Positions 1 through 9,786 of a stretch of DNA of 64,000 nt are shown piece after piece; position 1 is the first letter of the stretch; each line of letters starts with the position of its first letter. Source of the DNA: an uncultured Bacteroidota bacterium (GTDB lineage Bacteria; Bacteroidota; Ignavibacteria; Ignavibacteriales; Ignavibacteriaceae); contig CAVUXT010000045.1 of assembly GCA_963745465.1 (NCBI GenBank), forward strand, positions 35,235-99,234, given 5' to 3'. Below the pieces are notes generated by a model. The model was not told the DNA's origin. It ran no database searches and saw only the letters and a list, made by a program, of their open reading frames with translations. Position numbers and translations under genes: made by a program.

Positions 1-686
1 AGTCGGCATTATTTGAAAAGCTTGGTAATCTTGATGAATTGTTAAATGGAGCAAGGCTTGCATTTTTACCCAGTCAATTTGGTGTAAAACTCAGGATCAC
101 AGCGAGAGAGAAGAATGAAGGAGATGCAAAAAATAAGCTATCCGAAGTGGAGCAAAAGATTAGAGGATTAGCCGGTAGATATATTTATAGCAGGGACGAG
201 GAACTACTTGAAGAGGTCGTTGCAAGATTATTAAAAGAAAGAGGTTTAACAATTTCACTTGCTGAATCCTGCACAGGTGGCGGTTTGGCAAACGTATTAA
301 CAAATGTTAGCGGAGCCAGCGCATATTTTGAACGGGGAATTGTATCGTATAGCAATGCTTCAAAAGTTGAAATTCTTAAGGTAGTTGAAGACACTATTGT
401 GGAGCACGGAGCAGTAAGTCTTGAGGTAGCAAGGCAAATGGCTGAAGGAGTAAAGTCAATCAGTGGAACTGATCTGGGGATTTCAGTAACCGGAATCATG
501 GGGCCAACAGGCGCTACAACAGGAAAACCTGTCGGGCTGGTTTACATCGGGTTATGCGATGATAAAGTCTGCACTGCCAGAGAATTTACATTCGGCGATG
601 ATAGAATAATCAATAAGCAACGTACTATTCAGGCTGCACTTGACATGATAAGGAAACATTTACTCGGAATAGCATTAGATGGATAG
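1..686 (+). CDS. cinA: CinA-family protein, C-terminal nicotinamide-nucleotide amidohydrolase (PncC-like) domain; 5' end runs off the window
   Basis: The frame is open from nt 3, upstream of the listed TTG at 39. Motifs LAESCTGGGLA, GIVSYSNASKVEIL and GISVTGIMGP are typical of the CinA C-terminal domain. It lies just upstream of recA. Confidence 0.85.
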   Translation, partial: SALFEKLGNLDELLNGARLAFLPSQFGVKLRITAREKNEGDAKNKLSEVEQKIRGLAGRYIYSRDEELLEEVVARLLKERGLTISLAESCTGGGLANVLTNVSGASAYFERGIVSYSNASKVEILKVVEDTIVEHGAVSLEVARQMAEGVKSISGTDLGISVTGIMGPTGATTGKPVGLVYIGLCDDKVCTAREFTFGDDRIINKQRTIQAALDMIRKHLLGIALDG

Positions 687-1227
687 GCTTTTTGTATCTC
701 TTAATTTGCCTGAGAAAATTAGAGATAAGATAAATTCATTACGGTTTGATGCTGATCCCGGTGATAATAAACATAAGTGGGAGCCAAAGGACAAACTTCA
801 TTTAACCTTAAAATTTATTGGTGAAGTAGAAGAAAATTTAATTGCTCCGATAGCAAATGAATTGAATTTTATTGAAAATTACGAGGCCATTAATTGTGAT
901 ACTGTAAATTATGGATTTTTCTATTCGAAAAAACAGCCAAGAATTTTATGGTTAGGTTTGCATACTGATAAAATTATTTTTAATCTTGTAGAAGAATTAA
1001 ATTCCCGTCTTGAAAAATTATTAATCCCAAGGGAAAAGAAAGAGTTTACTTCCCACATCACTATTTTAAGGATAAGGGGAACAACCAGTGATCGTTTTAT
1101 TGAAAACTTTAAGAATTTTGAAGTGCCGGCTATTAAATTCAAAGCGGATGAAGTATCACTGATCAAGAGCGAGTTATTGCCGCTTGGTTCTGTTTACAAA
1201 GAAATTAAAAAATATAAATTAAAATGA
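679..1227 (+). CDS. thpR: RNA 2',3'-cyclic phosphodiesterase (2H phosphoesterase, LigT/ThpR family)
   Basis: Two H-x-T/S-x motifs (HLTLKF and HITILR) at the spacing typical of the 2H family. The protein is about 180 aa. Confidence 0.8.
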   Translation: MDRLFVSLNLPEKIRDKINSLRFDADPGDNKHKWEPKDKLHLTLKFIGEVEENLIAPIANELNFIENYEAINCDTVNYGFFYSKKQPRILWLGLHTDKIIFNLVEELNSRLEKLLIPREKKEFTSHITILRIRGTTSDRFIENFKNFEVPAIKFKADEVSLIKSELLPLGSVYKEIKKYKLK

Positions 1228-1239
1228 TACGGAGGAATA

Positions 1240-2298
1240 ATGGCTGATAAAGAGCAAAAATTAAAAATAATTGACGACGCTATTGCCAGCATAGAAAAGA
1301 CTTATGGCAAGGGCTCTATAATGAAGCTTGGAGACGGGGTCATAGTGCCAGTTGAATCAATTCCAACCGGGGCTTTATCTCTTGACTATGCGCTTGGGAT
1401 AGGTGGAGTACCCAGAGGCAGAGTAACTGAGATTTACGGTCCTGAGTCAAGCGGAAAAACTACTCTTTGCCTTCACATAATAGCTGAAGCTCAAAAAGCT
1501 GGAGGGCTTGCCGCTTTTATTGATGCCGAGCACGCTCTCGATGTAAATTATGCAAAAAAATTGGGTGTTGATACAGCAAATCTTCTAATTTCACAGCCTG
1601 ATTTTGGTGAACAAGCGCTTGAAATCACGGATACACTGGTTAGAAGCAATGCCCTTGACATTATTGTCATTGACTCTGTAGCTGCTCTTGTCCCACGTTC
1701 AGAAATTGAAGGTGAAATGGGCGACGCGACAATGGCTGTACAGGCGAGATTGATGTCACAGGCTTTGAGAAAACTAACAGGTGCGATTTCGAAATCTAAA
1801 ACTTCAGTAATTTTTATTAACCAGTTGAGACAAAAGATTGGTATAATGTTTGGGAATCCGGAAACAACTACAGGTGGTAACGCTCTTAAATTTTATGCCT
1901 CACTCAGAATGGATATAAGAAGAATAGCTGCAATTAAGGATGGGACTGATGTAATAGGCAACAGAACGAGAGTTAAAATAGTTAAAAGTAAGGTTGCGCC
2001 GCCTTTCAAAGAGGTTGAGTTTGATATCCTTTACAATGAAGGAATAAGTAAAACAGGTGACTTGCTGGATTTGGCAACTAATCTTGAAGTTGTAAAGAAA
2101 AGTGGTGCCTGGTTTACTTATGATGAAGATCGATTCCAGGGCAGAGAACAATTCAGGCAAAAGTTAATTGAGCTTCCTGATTTATTTACAAAGCTTAATA
2201 AAGAAGTGAGAACTAAACTTGGAATTTTAAAAGCTGAACCTGTTGCAGAAAAACCCGAAACTGAAGAGAAAACAAAAGGGAAGAAAGGTTCCAAATAA
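1240..2298 (+). CDS. recA: Recombinase RecA
   Basis: Walker [10 protein letters not shown] plus [18 protein letters not shown] and [45 protein letters not shown] lies upstream. Confidence 0.98.
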   Translation: MADKEQKLKIIDDAIASIEKTYGKGSIMKLGDGVIVPVESIPTGALSLDYALGIGGVPRGRVTEIYGPESSGKTTLCLHIIAEAQKAGGLAAFIDAEHALDVNYAKKLGVDTANLLISQPDFGEQALEITDTLVRSNALDIIVIDSVAALVPRSEIEGEMGDATMAVQARLMSQALRKLTGAISKSKTSVIFINQLRQKIGIMFGNPETTTGGNALKFYASLRMDIRRIAAIKDGTDVIGNRTRVKIVKSKVAPPFKEVEFDILYNEGISKTGDLLDLATNLEVVKKSGAWFTYDEDRFQGREQFRQKLIELPDLFTKLNKEVRTKLGILKAEPVAEKPETEEKTKGKKGSK

Positions 2299-2307
2299 AT
2301 TTTAGCA

Positions 2308-2943
2308 ATGACGATAACGCGTGTAGTTAAGAAAGATGAAAACAATGTAGTTGTTTATCTCGATAATGACGAAAAGCTTTATTTAACTTATGAAGTGTTT
2401 ATGAAGAATGGTCTCAGGAAAGACTCAGAAATTCCTGAAGACCATTTTCAATTTTTAATAAGGGAGAATCAGAAATTTCATATCAGGCAAAAAGCATTTT
2501 CATTTATCGCCAGAAGATACCATTCGATTTTTGAAATTCGTACAAAACTCAGGCAGAAAAAGTATGACAAAGATCTGATTGAAGATACTATCAATAATCT
2601 AATTGCTAATAAATATCTCGATGATCTGGAATTCTCAAAGATATTTGCCGATGAAAATATCAGGCTAAAACTCTGGGGGAAAAATAAAATTAAGGCGGAA
2701 TTAATGAAACGGGGAGTCGATGCGCAAACTATATCTGAAGTAATTAACGAGAAATTTCCGGATGGTAATGACCTTGAGAATGCTATTGTGCTGGCATTAA
2801 AAAAATACAAAGCTTTAAAGAAGAGGAATCTCGAGAACCTAAAACTGAAGCAGAAAATATATGCTTTTCTTTCCTCCAGGGGATATGATTATGAGACTAG
2901 TAAGGACGCTGTTGATAAAGTGATAAACGATTTTGAAGAATAA
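2308..2943 (+). CDS. recX: RecA regulator RecX
   Basis: A 211-aa helical-repeat protein immediately downstream of recA, with RecX-like repeated Y-L/K-G patterns (NKYLDDLEFSK..., LSSRGYDYE). Confidence 0.75.
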   Translation: MTITRVVKKDENNVVVYLDNDEKLYLTYEVFMKNGLRKDSEIPEDHFQFLIRENQKFHIRQKAFSFIARRYHSIFEIRTKLRQKKYDKDLIEDTINNLIANKYLDDLEFSKIFADENIRLKLWGKNKIKAELMKRGVDAQTISEVINEKFPDGNDLENAIVLALKKYKALKKRNLENLKLKQKIYAFLSSRGYDYETSKDAVDKVINDFEE

Positions 2944-3001
2944 TTATCAGATAGGCGTTCTTAGAAGCGGCCGTGTGATTAGACTGGAAATTTTATTAAT
3001 A

Positions 3002-3415
3002 CTATTTCAATTTTTTCTGCAGGGATAATATCATTTCGGAAATTTCCGGAATTTTTACCTTTTCTGATGCTATTATTAAGTCCATCCATTTCCTTTTTCT
3101 TCTGGCTTTGTCAGGATATTCTTCATATTCCCTAATTACTTCCATAGAATATATTTTTATGAAGCATTTACCAAACGATTTTTGTACCACAAAATTTCCT
3201 AATTCAAAGGTCTCGTTGCTTCCCATTACGCCAGCTTCTTCAAAGGCTTCTTTTTTAGCAGATTCAAATGGAGTAAGATTAAATTCAACATATCCTTTTG
3301 GGATTATCCACTTACCTCTATTTACAGTAGTAATCAAAAGAATCTCAATTTTCTTCTTGCCTTTTCTACGATAAGGTACAACTCCGGATTGATGATAATT
3401 TAATTCTAGTTTCAA
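3002..3415 (-). CDS. NUDIX hydrolase
   Basis: Nudix box G-x5-E-x7-REUxEEuGU-like: GYVEFNLTPFESAKKEAFEEAGV. Confidence 0.8.
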   Translation of the reverse strand: MKLELNYHQSGVVPYRRKGKKKIEILLITTVNRGKWIIPKGYVEFNLTPFESAKKEAFEEAGVMGSNETFELGNFVVQKSFGKCFIKIYSMEVIREYEEYPDKARRKRKWMDLIIASEKVKIPEISEMILSLQKKLK

Positions 3416-3546
3416 ATTGGATTGTTAGTAAGTTAAATTAATGTTTATGCTTAAGGTAAAATAATTATTTGTCCTGCAAAAAGGAAAATTTCTTATCTGA
3501 TTATTCAATAGAAATCTGTATCTTTTCTAACAAGAAAAATCTCTTA

Positions 3547-4566
3547 ATGATGAATATTCAAAAGAACTTCTCACTAAAAAATCTTAATACTTTCGGCATA
3601 GATGTAAAGGCAAGGTTTTTTGCTGATATTAAATCCGAGGATCAACTCGGTCTTATCCTGTCTGACAATAAATTTATGGATGTCCCTAAAATAATTTTAG
3701 GTGGCGGAAGCAATATTCTATTTATTCAGGATTTTGACGGAGTGGTAATAAAAAATTCAATATCAGGAATTACAATTATTCAGGAAGACGCTGACTCAAT
3801 CTTTATTAAAGCAGGAGCAGGTGAAATCTGGCACGACATGGTTTTGTTTTGTGTTGAAAAAAATTATGGCGGCATTGAAAACCTTTCATTAATTCCGGGA
3901 ACGGTTGGCGCTGCGCCGATTCAAAACATCGGCGCTTATGGGCAGGAAATTAAAGATGTATTTGTAAGTCTTGAAGGAATTTTTATTGACACGGCTAAGA
4001 AAAAAGAGTTTTTAAATATGCAATGTGAATTTGGCTACAGGGACAGTATATTTAAGAAAGAACTAAAAAATAAATTTGTAATTACTTCAATCGTTTTGAA
4101 ACTAAGTAAAAATCCCATACCAAATTTGGAATATGGAACAATAAAAGAGGAAATTGCAAAATTAAATCTTGATAGGATTACAATTAAAAATGTAAGTGAT
4201 GTAATCTGCAACATTCGAAAAAGCAAATTACCTGATCCAAAACAGATTGGTAATGCGGGAAGTTTTTTTAAAAATCCTGAAATAGAAAGTAGAAAATATT
4301 CTGAATTAGAAATAAATTTTCCTGGTATTCCCGGTTATAAAATGCAAAATGATAAGGTAAAGATTCCTGCAGCCTGGTTGATAGAAAAATGCGGATTTAA
4401 AGGAAAAAGAGTAGGGAATACTGGAACTCATCCAAAGCAGCCCCTTGTGCTGGTAAATTATGGTAATGCAAGTGGTTCTGAAATACTTGGTTTTGCTAAT
4501 ATTATTAAATCCTCTGTGAAAGACAAATTTGGTATTTTACTGGAAGAAGAAATAAATATAGTATAA
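3547..4566 (+). CDS. murB: UDP-N-acetylenolpyruvoylglucosamine reductase
   Basis: NTFGIDVKA, ILGGGSNILF, ENLSLIPGTVGAAPIQNIGAYG, FGYRDSIFK and GSFFKNP are MurB type-I motifs. The ATG at 3547 is preferred over the upstream TTG at 3469. Confidence 0.9.
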   Translation: MMNIQKNFSLKNLNTFGIDVKARFFADIKSEDQLGLILSDNKFMDVPKIILGGGSNILFIQDFDGVVIKNSISGITIIQEDADSIFIKAGAGEIWHDMVLFCVEKNYGGIENLSLIPGTVGAAPIQNIGAYGQEIKDVFVSLEGIFIDTAKKKEFLNMQCEFGYRDSIFKKELKNKFVITSIVLKLSKNPIPNLEYGTIKEEIAKLNLDRITIKNVSDVICNIRKSKLPDPKQIGNAGSFFKNPEIESRKYSELEINFPGIPGYKMQNDKVKIPAAWLIEKCGFKGKRVGNTGTHPKQPLVLVNYGNASGSEILGFANIIKSSVKDKFGILLEEEINIV

Positions 4567-4682
4567 ACGGCTAATGCCGTTGAATTTCAGCATCCTTATT
4601 TTTAATTTATATAAATTAGTTGCCGTCCAAAAGATGGAACTTTTCCCCAAAAAACTTCTTGCAATCCAAGGAGCCTAAAAAT

Positions 4683-5501
4683 ATGAAAGATCAGAAGAAG
4701 GACGAACAAGTTTTATCCGCTTACGAGAAGGCAGCCCAGGAAGGTGTTGATCCAAGATGTATCCCGCAGAAATTGCGGGGACCAGTGCCCGAACATGATG
4801 AAATTATATATCCGAATTATCCTCAGTCAGATCACGAATCCTGGAAATATCTTTTCGACAGGCAAATGAAATACTTACCAAATAGAGCTTGTGATGAATA
4901 TATTAATGGAGTGGATAAATTAAATTTTACAAGGGATAGAATTCCGGCTTTAAAAGATTTGAGCCATGTGTTTAATCAAACTACAGGATGGAAAGTTGCA
5001 CGTGTTCCGGGATTAATCGATGTAAATGATTTTTTTGGACTTCTGCGCAGGAGAGTTTTTCCATCGACCGATTATATTCGTGGCAAAGAAGAACTTGATT
5101 ACACACCTGCTCCGGATTGCTTTCACGATATGTTTGGTCATATGCCATTGTTGACAGATAAGGATTTTGCAGAGTTTTATCAGCAATTTGGCGAAGCGGC
5201 TTTAAAAGCGGAAGGCAAGAACAGAAAATATCTTGAAACTTTTCATTGGTTTACAGTTGAATTTGGTTTGATACATAAACCTGAAGGAATGAGGATTTAT
5301 GGTGCAGGAATACTTTCATCAAAAGGTGAAGTCCAGCACGCACTTTCTGATAAAGTTGAAGTTAGAGATTTTGATCCTGAAAAAATTGTTGTGCAGGATT
5401 ATGATGTATGGCACTTGCAGCCGGTTCTTTTCGCTATCAAATCATTTGAACAGCTAAAAGACGGTTTCAAACGATGGACTAAAGAACTTGGCCTGTTATA
5501 G
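4683..5501 (+). CDS. phhA: Phenylalanine-4-hydroxylase (pterin-dependent aromatic amino acid hydroxylase)
   Basis: Iron-ligand region PDCFHDMFGHMPLL and HWFTVEFGL. AAGGAG at 4668-4673 lies 9 nt before the ATG at 4683. Confidence 0.9.
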   Translation: MKDQKKDEQVLSAYEKAAQEGVDPRCIPQKLRGPVPEHDEIIYPNYPQSDHESWKYLFDRQMKYLPNRACDEYINGVDKLNFTRDRIPALKDLSHVFNQTTGWKVARVPGLIDVNDFFGLLRRRVFPSTDYIRGKEELDYTPAPDCFHDMFGHMPLLTDKDFAEFYQQFGEAALKAEGKNRKYLETFHWFTVEFGLIHKPEGMRIYGAGILSSKGEVQHALSDKVEVRDFDPEKIVVQDYDVWHLQPVLFAIKSFEQLKDGFKRWTKELGLL

Positions 5502-5655
5502 TTAGTCTTGGATTAATTTTAAAAAGGTGATCAGCCCTAACAACTTACTTTGATTAGAGAAAATTTTCTAACTTGAAAATCCTGCCGTAAATGTCTAATT
5601 TAATTAGTCTTAAAAGCCAATAAAATTTCGAATTATATTCAAACAAGGAGTTATT

Positions 5656-6126
5656 ATGTCAGTAAAAGTAGGAGACCAGGCACCTGGATTTACATTACCT
5701 AATCAAAACAAGGAAAAAATTAGTCTCGATAATTATAAGGGCAAAAAAATTGTTCTGCTATTTTTCCCTTTTGCTGGAAGCGGTGGTTGCACAAAGGAAA
5801 TGTGCAGCTTTAGAGATGAATTAAAAAGGTACGAAGATCTTGACGCACAGGTTTTAGCTGTAAGTGTCGATAGCATTTATGCATTAAAATTATTTGAAGA
5901 AAAAAACAAGTATAATTTCCCTTTGTTAAGCGATTTTAATAAAGAGGTTATAACCAAATACGGTGTAGTTGATAATGCATTTGCTGCGGGATCTTTAGAT
6001 TATATAGGTGTAGCTAAAAGATCAGCTTTTGTAATTGGAAAAGACGGAAAAGTAAAATATGCGGAAATACTTCCATCGCCTGGTGATGAGGTAAATTACG
6101 AAGCTATTAAAAGTGCACTTAAATAA
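5656..6126 (+). CDS. Peroxiredoxin, PrxQ/BCP-like (C-x4-C)
   Basis: Thioredoxin-fold AhpC/TSA pattern LLFFPFAGSGGCTKEMCSFRD. RBS AAGGAG lies upstream. Confidence 0.8.
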   Translation: MSVKVGDQAPGFTLPNQNKEKISLDNYKGKKIVLLFFPFAGSGGCTKEMCSFRDELKRYEDLDAQVLAVSVDSIYALKLFEEKNKYNFPLLSDFNKEVITKYGVVDNAFAAGSLDYIGVAKRSAFVIGKDGKVKYAEILPSPGDEVNYEAIKSALK

Positions 6127-6128
6127 AT

Positions 6129-6449
6129 ATGATAAAACAAATTTCTCCATCAGAAGTCAAAACGCTTCTTGATTCAGGTGAAAAGTTGCGGCTTATAGAT
6201 GTACGGGAAAAATGGGAATATGATACTGCTAAAATTGAAAACTCAGAACTAATGCCCCTTAGTGAATTTAATGATCATTATGATAAATTAAATCACAATG
6301 ATAACCTTATAATTTGTTGTCACACTGGCAATAGGAGTTTTACAGTTTGCGCTTATCTCATTAAGAATGGTTTTAAGAATGTAAGTAATCTTGATGGAGG
6401 AATTACTGCCTGGTCTCAAGAAGTGGATCCATCAATACCGATATATTAA
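6129..6449 (+). CDS. Rhodanese-like sulfurtransferase domain protein
   Basis: A 106-aa single rhodanese domain with active-site loop CCHTGNRS and LDGGITAW. Confidence 0.85.
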   Translation: MIKQISPSEVKTLLDSGEKLRLIDVREKWEYDTAKIENSELMPLSEFNDHYDKLNHNDNLIICCHTGNRSFTVCAYLIKNGFKNVSNLDGGITAWSQEVDPSIPIY

Positions 6450-6487
6450 TAAAAACCGCTGGTTGATATTCAATTGGGAGAACTCAA

Positions 6488-6946
6488 ATGATTAAAGAAG
6501 GAAATAAAGCTCCTGCTTTTAAATTAAAAAATCAGGATGGCAAGATAATTTCATTAAGTGATTTTAAAGGTAAAAAAGTTGTACTTTACTTTTATCCTAA
6601 GGATGATACAAGTGGGTGTACGAAAGAAGCTTGCAGCTTCCGGGATGGATTACCAAAATTTGGAAAACTTAATGCTGAAATTCTTGGTGTAAGCGCTGAT
6701 TCAGTCGAATCACATAAAAAGTTTGCTGAAAAATATGACTTGCCATTTACCTTGCTCAGCGATGAAAGTAAAAAAATGATACAGAAGTATGGTGTCTGGA
6801 AAGAAAAAAGTATGTACGGAAGAAAATATATGGGAATTGAAAGAACAACTATTATTATTGATGAATCTGGGAAAATCAAAAAAATATTTCCTAAGGTTAA
6901 AGTTTCCGATCACGATAAAGAAGTTCTTGAAGCACTGAATAGTTAG
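6488..6946 (+). CDS. bcp: Thioredoxin-dependent thiol peroxidase (BCP/PrxQ)
   Basis: [22 protein letters not shown] and [26 protein letters not shown] are classic Bcp motifs. Confidence 0.9.
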   Translation: MIKEGNKAPAFKLKNQDGKIISLSDFKGKKVVLYFYPKDDTSGCTKEACSFRDGLPKFGKLNAEILGVSADSVESHKKFAEKYDLPFTLLSDESKKMIQKYGVWKEKSMYGRKYMGIERTTIIIDESGKIKKIFPKVKVSDHDKEVLEALNS

Positions 6947-6965
6947 TAATAACAAGAGAGCAATC

Positions 6966-7374
6966 ATGGTTTATGTAACCAGGCGCGACACTTTCAATGC
7001 AGCTCACCGCGTGTTTAATCCTAAATTATCTGATGAAGAAAATTTTAAGATTTTTGGTAATTGTAGTAATCCCAACTGGCATGGCCATAATTATATTCTG
7101 GAAGTAGTTGTTGCTGGAGAGATAAACCCTGAAACCGGGTATGTTATAGATTTGAAAGTTTTAAAGGAGATAATAAATAATCGCATTATCGAAAAAGTAG
7201 ATCATAAAAATTTGAATATCGAAGTTGAATTTATGAAAGGGGTTCAACCTTCGGCAGAAAATATTACTATTGCAGATTTGGAAACAGTTAGAGAAAAGAA
7301 TACCATCCGGAAAATTGTATTCAGTAAAGTTATATGAGACGGAGAATAATTATTTTGAATATAAAGGAGAATAA
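6966..7374 (+). pseudogene. 6-pyruvoyl-tetrahydropterin synthase / QueD-family enzyme, frameshifted as sequenced (1-nt insertion near 7275)
   Basis: The N-terminal frame has FNAAHR and the C-x5-HGH motif CSNPNWHGHNY. The listed ORF ends abnormally at 7337. The +1 frame from 7276 reads IWKQLEKRIPSGKLYSVKLYETENNYFEYKGE-stop (7372-7374), the canonical PTPS/QueD C-terminus. Confidence 0.85.
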
Positions 7375-7377
7375 AGC

Positions 7378-7944
7378 TTGAATAAGGAAAAGATTGAAAA
7401 TTTAGTCGTTGATCTTCTAAAAGAAATTGGCGAGGATCCGAACAGAGAGGGACTGAAAAAAACTCCTACAAGAGTTGCGAAGGCTTATGAGTTTTTGACA
7501 TCTGGTTATTCAAAGGATCCTGAAAAAGTATTGAATAATGCGGTGTTTAATGAAAAATATGATGAAATGGTATTGGTAAAAAATATTGATTTTTATAGCC
7601 TGTGCGAACATCACATGCTTCCGTTTTTTGGTAAGGTTCATATTGCCTACATACCAGATGGGAAAATCATTGGGCTGAGCAAAATACCCAGAATAGTTGA
7701 AATCTTTGCACGCAGATTGCAGGTTCAGGAAAGAATGACCCAGCAAATTGCGGATACTATAGAAGAATTTTTGGAACCGCAGGGTGTGGCTGTTGTATCA
7801 GAAGCCTTTCATATGTGTATGATGATGCGCGGTGTAGAAAAACAAAATTCATCTGCAACGGCCAGTGCTGTTCACGGTATTTTTAAAGAGGATGCAAGAA
7901 CCAGGGCCGAATTTATTAATCTTATATCGCAAAAGAATTTATAA
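7378..7944 (+). CDS. folE: GTP cyclohydrolase I
   Basis: [44 protein letters not shown] and HMCMMMRGV. The start codon is TTG. Confidence 0.95.
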   Translation: MNKEKIENLVVDLLKEIGEDPNREGLKKTPTRVAKAYEFLTSGYSKDPEKVLNNAVFNEKYDEMVLVKNIDFYSLCEHHMLPFFGKVHIAYIPDGKIIGLSKIPRIVEIFARRLQVQERMTQQIADTIEEFLEPQGVAVVSEAFHMCMMMRGVEKQNSSATASAVHGIFKEDARTRAEFINLISQKNL

Positions 7945-8657
7945 TGAAAGAAAAGAGAGCCGGGGTATGGATAACCGGGGCAAGTTCAGGCATTGGAAAA
8001 GCGACTGCAAAAGAATTTGCTAAAGTTGGTTGTGATGTTTTTGTCTCTGCACGGCGTGCAACTGAATTAGAAAGACTTAAGAAGGAATTAAGCAAAGATA
8101 AACTTACAATTGAATTACACCCTTGTAATGTTGCTTCATCAGCAAATATTGACCAGGTTGTAAAAAAAATTTCGGCTAAACATAAAATCAATTGCCTGGT
8201 AAATAATGCCGGTGTAACTACTTTTAAGGATGCACTTGATAATTCAATCCAGGAAATAAATGATATTATCAATACAAACCTGCTAGGCTCTATTTATGCA
8301 ATTAAATATGTTCTTCCGCATATGATAGAAAATGGTGGCGGAACGATAATTAATATTATCTCAAGTGCAGCTAAAAAAATATTCACAGCGAGCAGCGCAT
8401 ATACAGCCTCGAAAGCAGGTTTACTTGGATATACTAATGTTTTAAGAGAAGAGGTAAGGAAACATAAGATAAGGATAATAAATATTCATCCCGGCGCTAC
8501 GGAAACTCCAATGTGGTCACAGGATGTAAGAAAAGAAAACTCTAATAGAATGATGACAAGTGAAGAAATTGGAAGGCTGATCGTGTGGGCTTTCCTTCAG
8601 GAAGGAAATGTTGTTACAGAGGATATAGATGTTAAACCCATTCAGGGAGATTTATGA
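7944..8657 (+). CDS. Short-chain dehydrogenase/reductase (candidate sepiapterin-reductase-like)
   Basis: TGASSGIGKA cofactor motif, NNAG, and catalytic S...YTASK. Confidence 0.85.
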   Translation: MKEKRAGVWITGASSGIGKATAKEFAKVGCDVFVSARRATELERLKKELSKDKLTIELHPCNVASSANIDQVVKKISAKHKINCLVNNAGVTTFKDALDNSIQEINDIINTNLLGSIYAIKYVLPHMIENGGGTIINIISSAAKKIFTASSAYTASKAGLLGYTNVLREEVRKHKIRIINIHPGATETPMWSQDVRKENSNRMMTSEEIGRLIVWAFLQEGNVVTEDIDVKPIQGDL

Positions 8658-9367
8658 TGAATAGCAAAGAACTTGCAATTGTTACAGGCGGAAACAAAGG
8701 AATAGGAAAGGCAATCGCATTAAGATTTGCGAATGAGGGTTATGACGTAATGATTTTTGGAAGGGATGTTGATACATTAAAAAATACGCAGGCAGAAATA
8801 TTAAATTCCGGAGTTGGATGTGAAATTTTTGCAGGAGATGCAGCTGATGAAAAATTCGTTTCTAATTCAGTCTCAGGTATAATTAAGAAATATGGAAAGG
8901 TTGACCATCTCGTAAATAATGCAGGTATCGGGATATTTAAAAAGCTGGTCGATTCTAATCTTCAAGATTTTAAAAAACAAGTAGATGTGAATCTCTTCGG
9001 CGTTTATAATTTCACAAAAGCTGTAGCTGGCAAAATGATTGAGCAAAAAAGCGGGTCAATAATTAATATTTCCTCGCTAGCTGGAAAGAATTCGTTTGTT
9101 AATGGTACCATGTATTCCGCAACCAAACACGCGGTTCTTGGATTTACAAGATCATTAATGCTTGAGTTAAGAGAACACAATATCCGGGTTGCTGCAATTT
9201 GTCCCGGTTCAGTTGCAACTGAATTTTTTGGTGGACCGGGCAGGCATCCGAATTATGATAAAATATTGAAACCGGAAGATGTGGCCGAATCCTTAATGGC
9301 AATCTTAAAACTTCCGGTTAGTGCCCTGATAAGCGAAATTGATCTGCGTCCGACTAATCCTAAGTAA
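8654..9367 (+). CDS. Short-chain dehydrogenase/reductase
   Basis: TGGNKGIGKA, NNAG and YSATKHA. It overlaps the previous SDR by 4 nt (ATGA). Confidence 0.85.
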   Translation: MMNSKELAIVTGGNKGIGKAIALRFANEGYDVMIFGRDVDTLKNTQAEILNSGVGCEIFAGDAADEKFVSNSVSGIIKKYGKVDHLVNNAGIGIFKKLVDSNLQDFKKQVDVNLFGVYNFTKAVAGKMIEQKSGSIINISSLAGKNSFVNGTMYSATKHAVLGFTRSLMLELREHNIRVAAICPGSVATEFFGGPGRHPNYDKILKPEDVAESLMAILKLPVSALISEIDLRPTNPK

Positions 9368-9534
9368 TTCGGAATTCAACATTAATTTTTAAACTGTTCA
9401 ATCCCAACCCACAATTTATAGGTAATGTTCTTGGATTTCCATTCTTTAAAAATAAATTGACAATACCTGAATAATTTAGTTAATTACGTCCCCTAATTTT
9501 TGATTGGGCAATTTCAATTAAAAAATGCTGTTTT

Positions 9535-9786
9535 ATGTATTTTTTAGAGATTTATATTGGGCTTTGTATTATCTTTTTTCTATTAATCGTTATATTAATA
9601 AAAATCTCGCCATCTGGCTGGGAAGATGAGAATGGCTTCCATCAATTGAGTACTAAAGAAAATACGATAACTTTTCCGCTTAAAAATAAATCTGCAATGA
9701 ACCATCTTTCGATTAATTTCAAAATAGCTCACTATCAAAACCTTGACAACAGAAGGTCAGGCCATCCTATTACTTTAGCATCTTGA
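9535..9786 (+). CDS. Hypothetical small membrane protein (weak call)
   Basis: The only ORF of 60 aa or more in an ~890-bp gap. It has one N-terminal hydrophobic helix, no obvious RBS and no recognisable motif. Confidence 0.2.
   Translation: MYFLEIYIGLCIIFFLLIVILIKISPSGWEDENGFHQLSTKENTITFPLKNKSAMNHLSINFKIAHYQNLDNRRSGHPITLAS

Noticed and set aside
185-499. Antisense or shadow ORFs throughout the six-frame track. Examples are 185-499(-), 921-1166(-), 1900-2160(-), 2478-2810(-), 3108-3374(+), 6592-6967(-), 7922-8272(-), 16592-16774(+), 20141-21238(-), 34933-36387(-), 42852-43155(-), 45284-45687(-), 55208-56677(-), 60808-61002(-) and 63075-63278(-).
   Set aside because: Each lies entirely inside, and opposite to or out of frame with, a strongly supported conserved gene. 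Their translations are low-complexity (Ser/Phe/Ile/Leu-rich) with no motifs, as expected for chance ORFs in AT-rich DNA.
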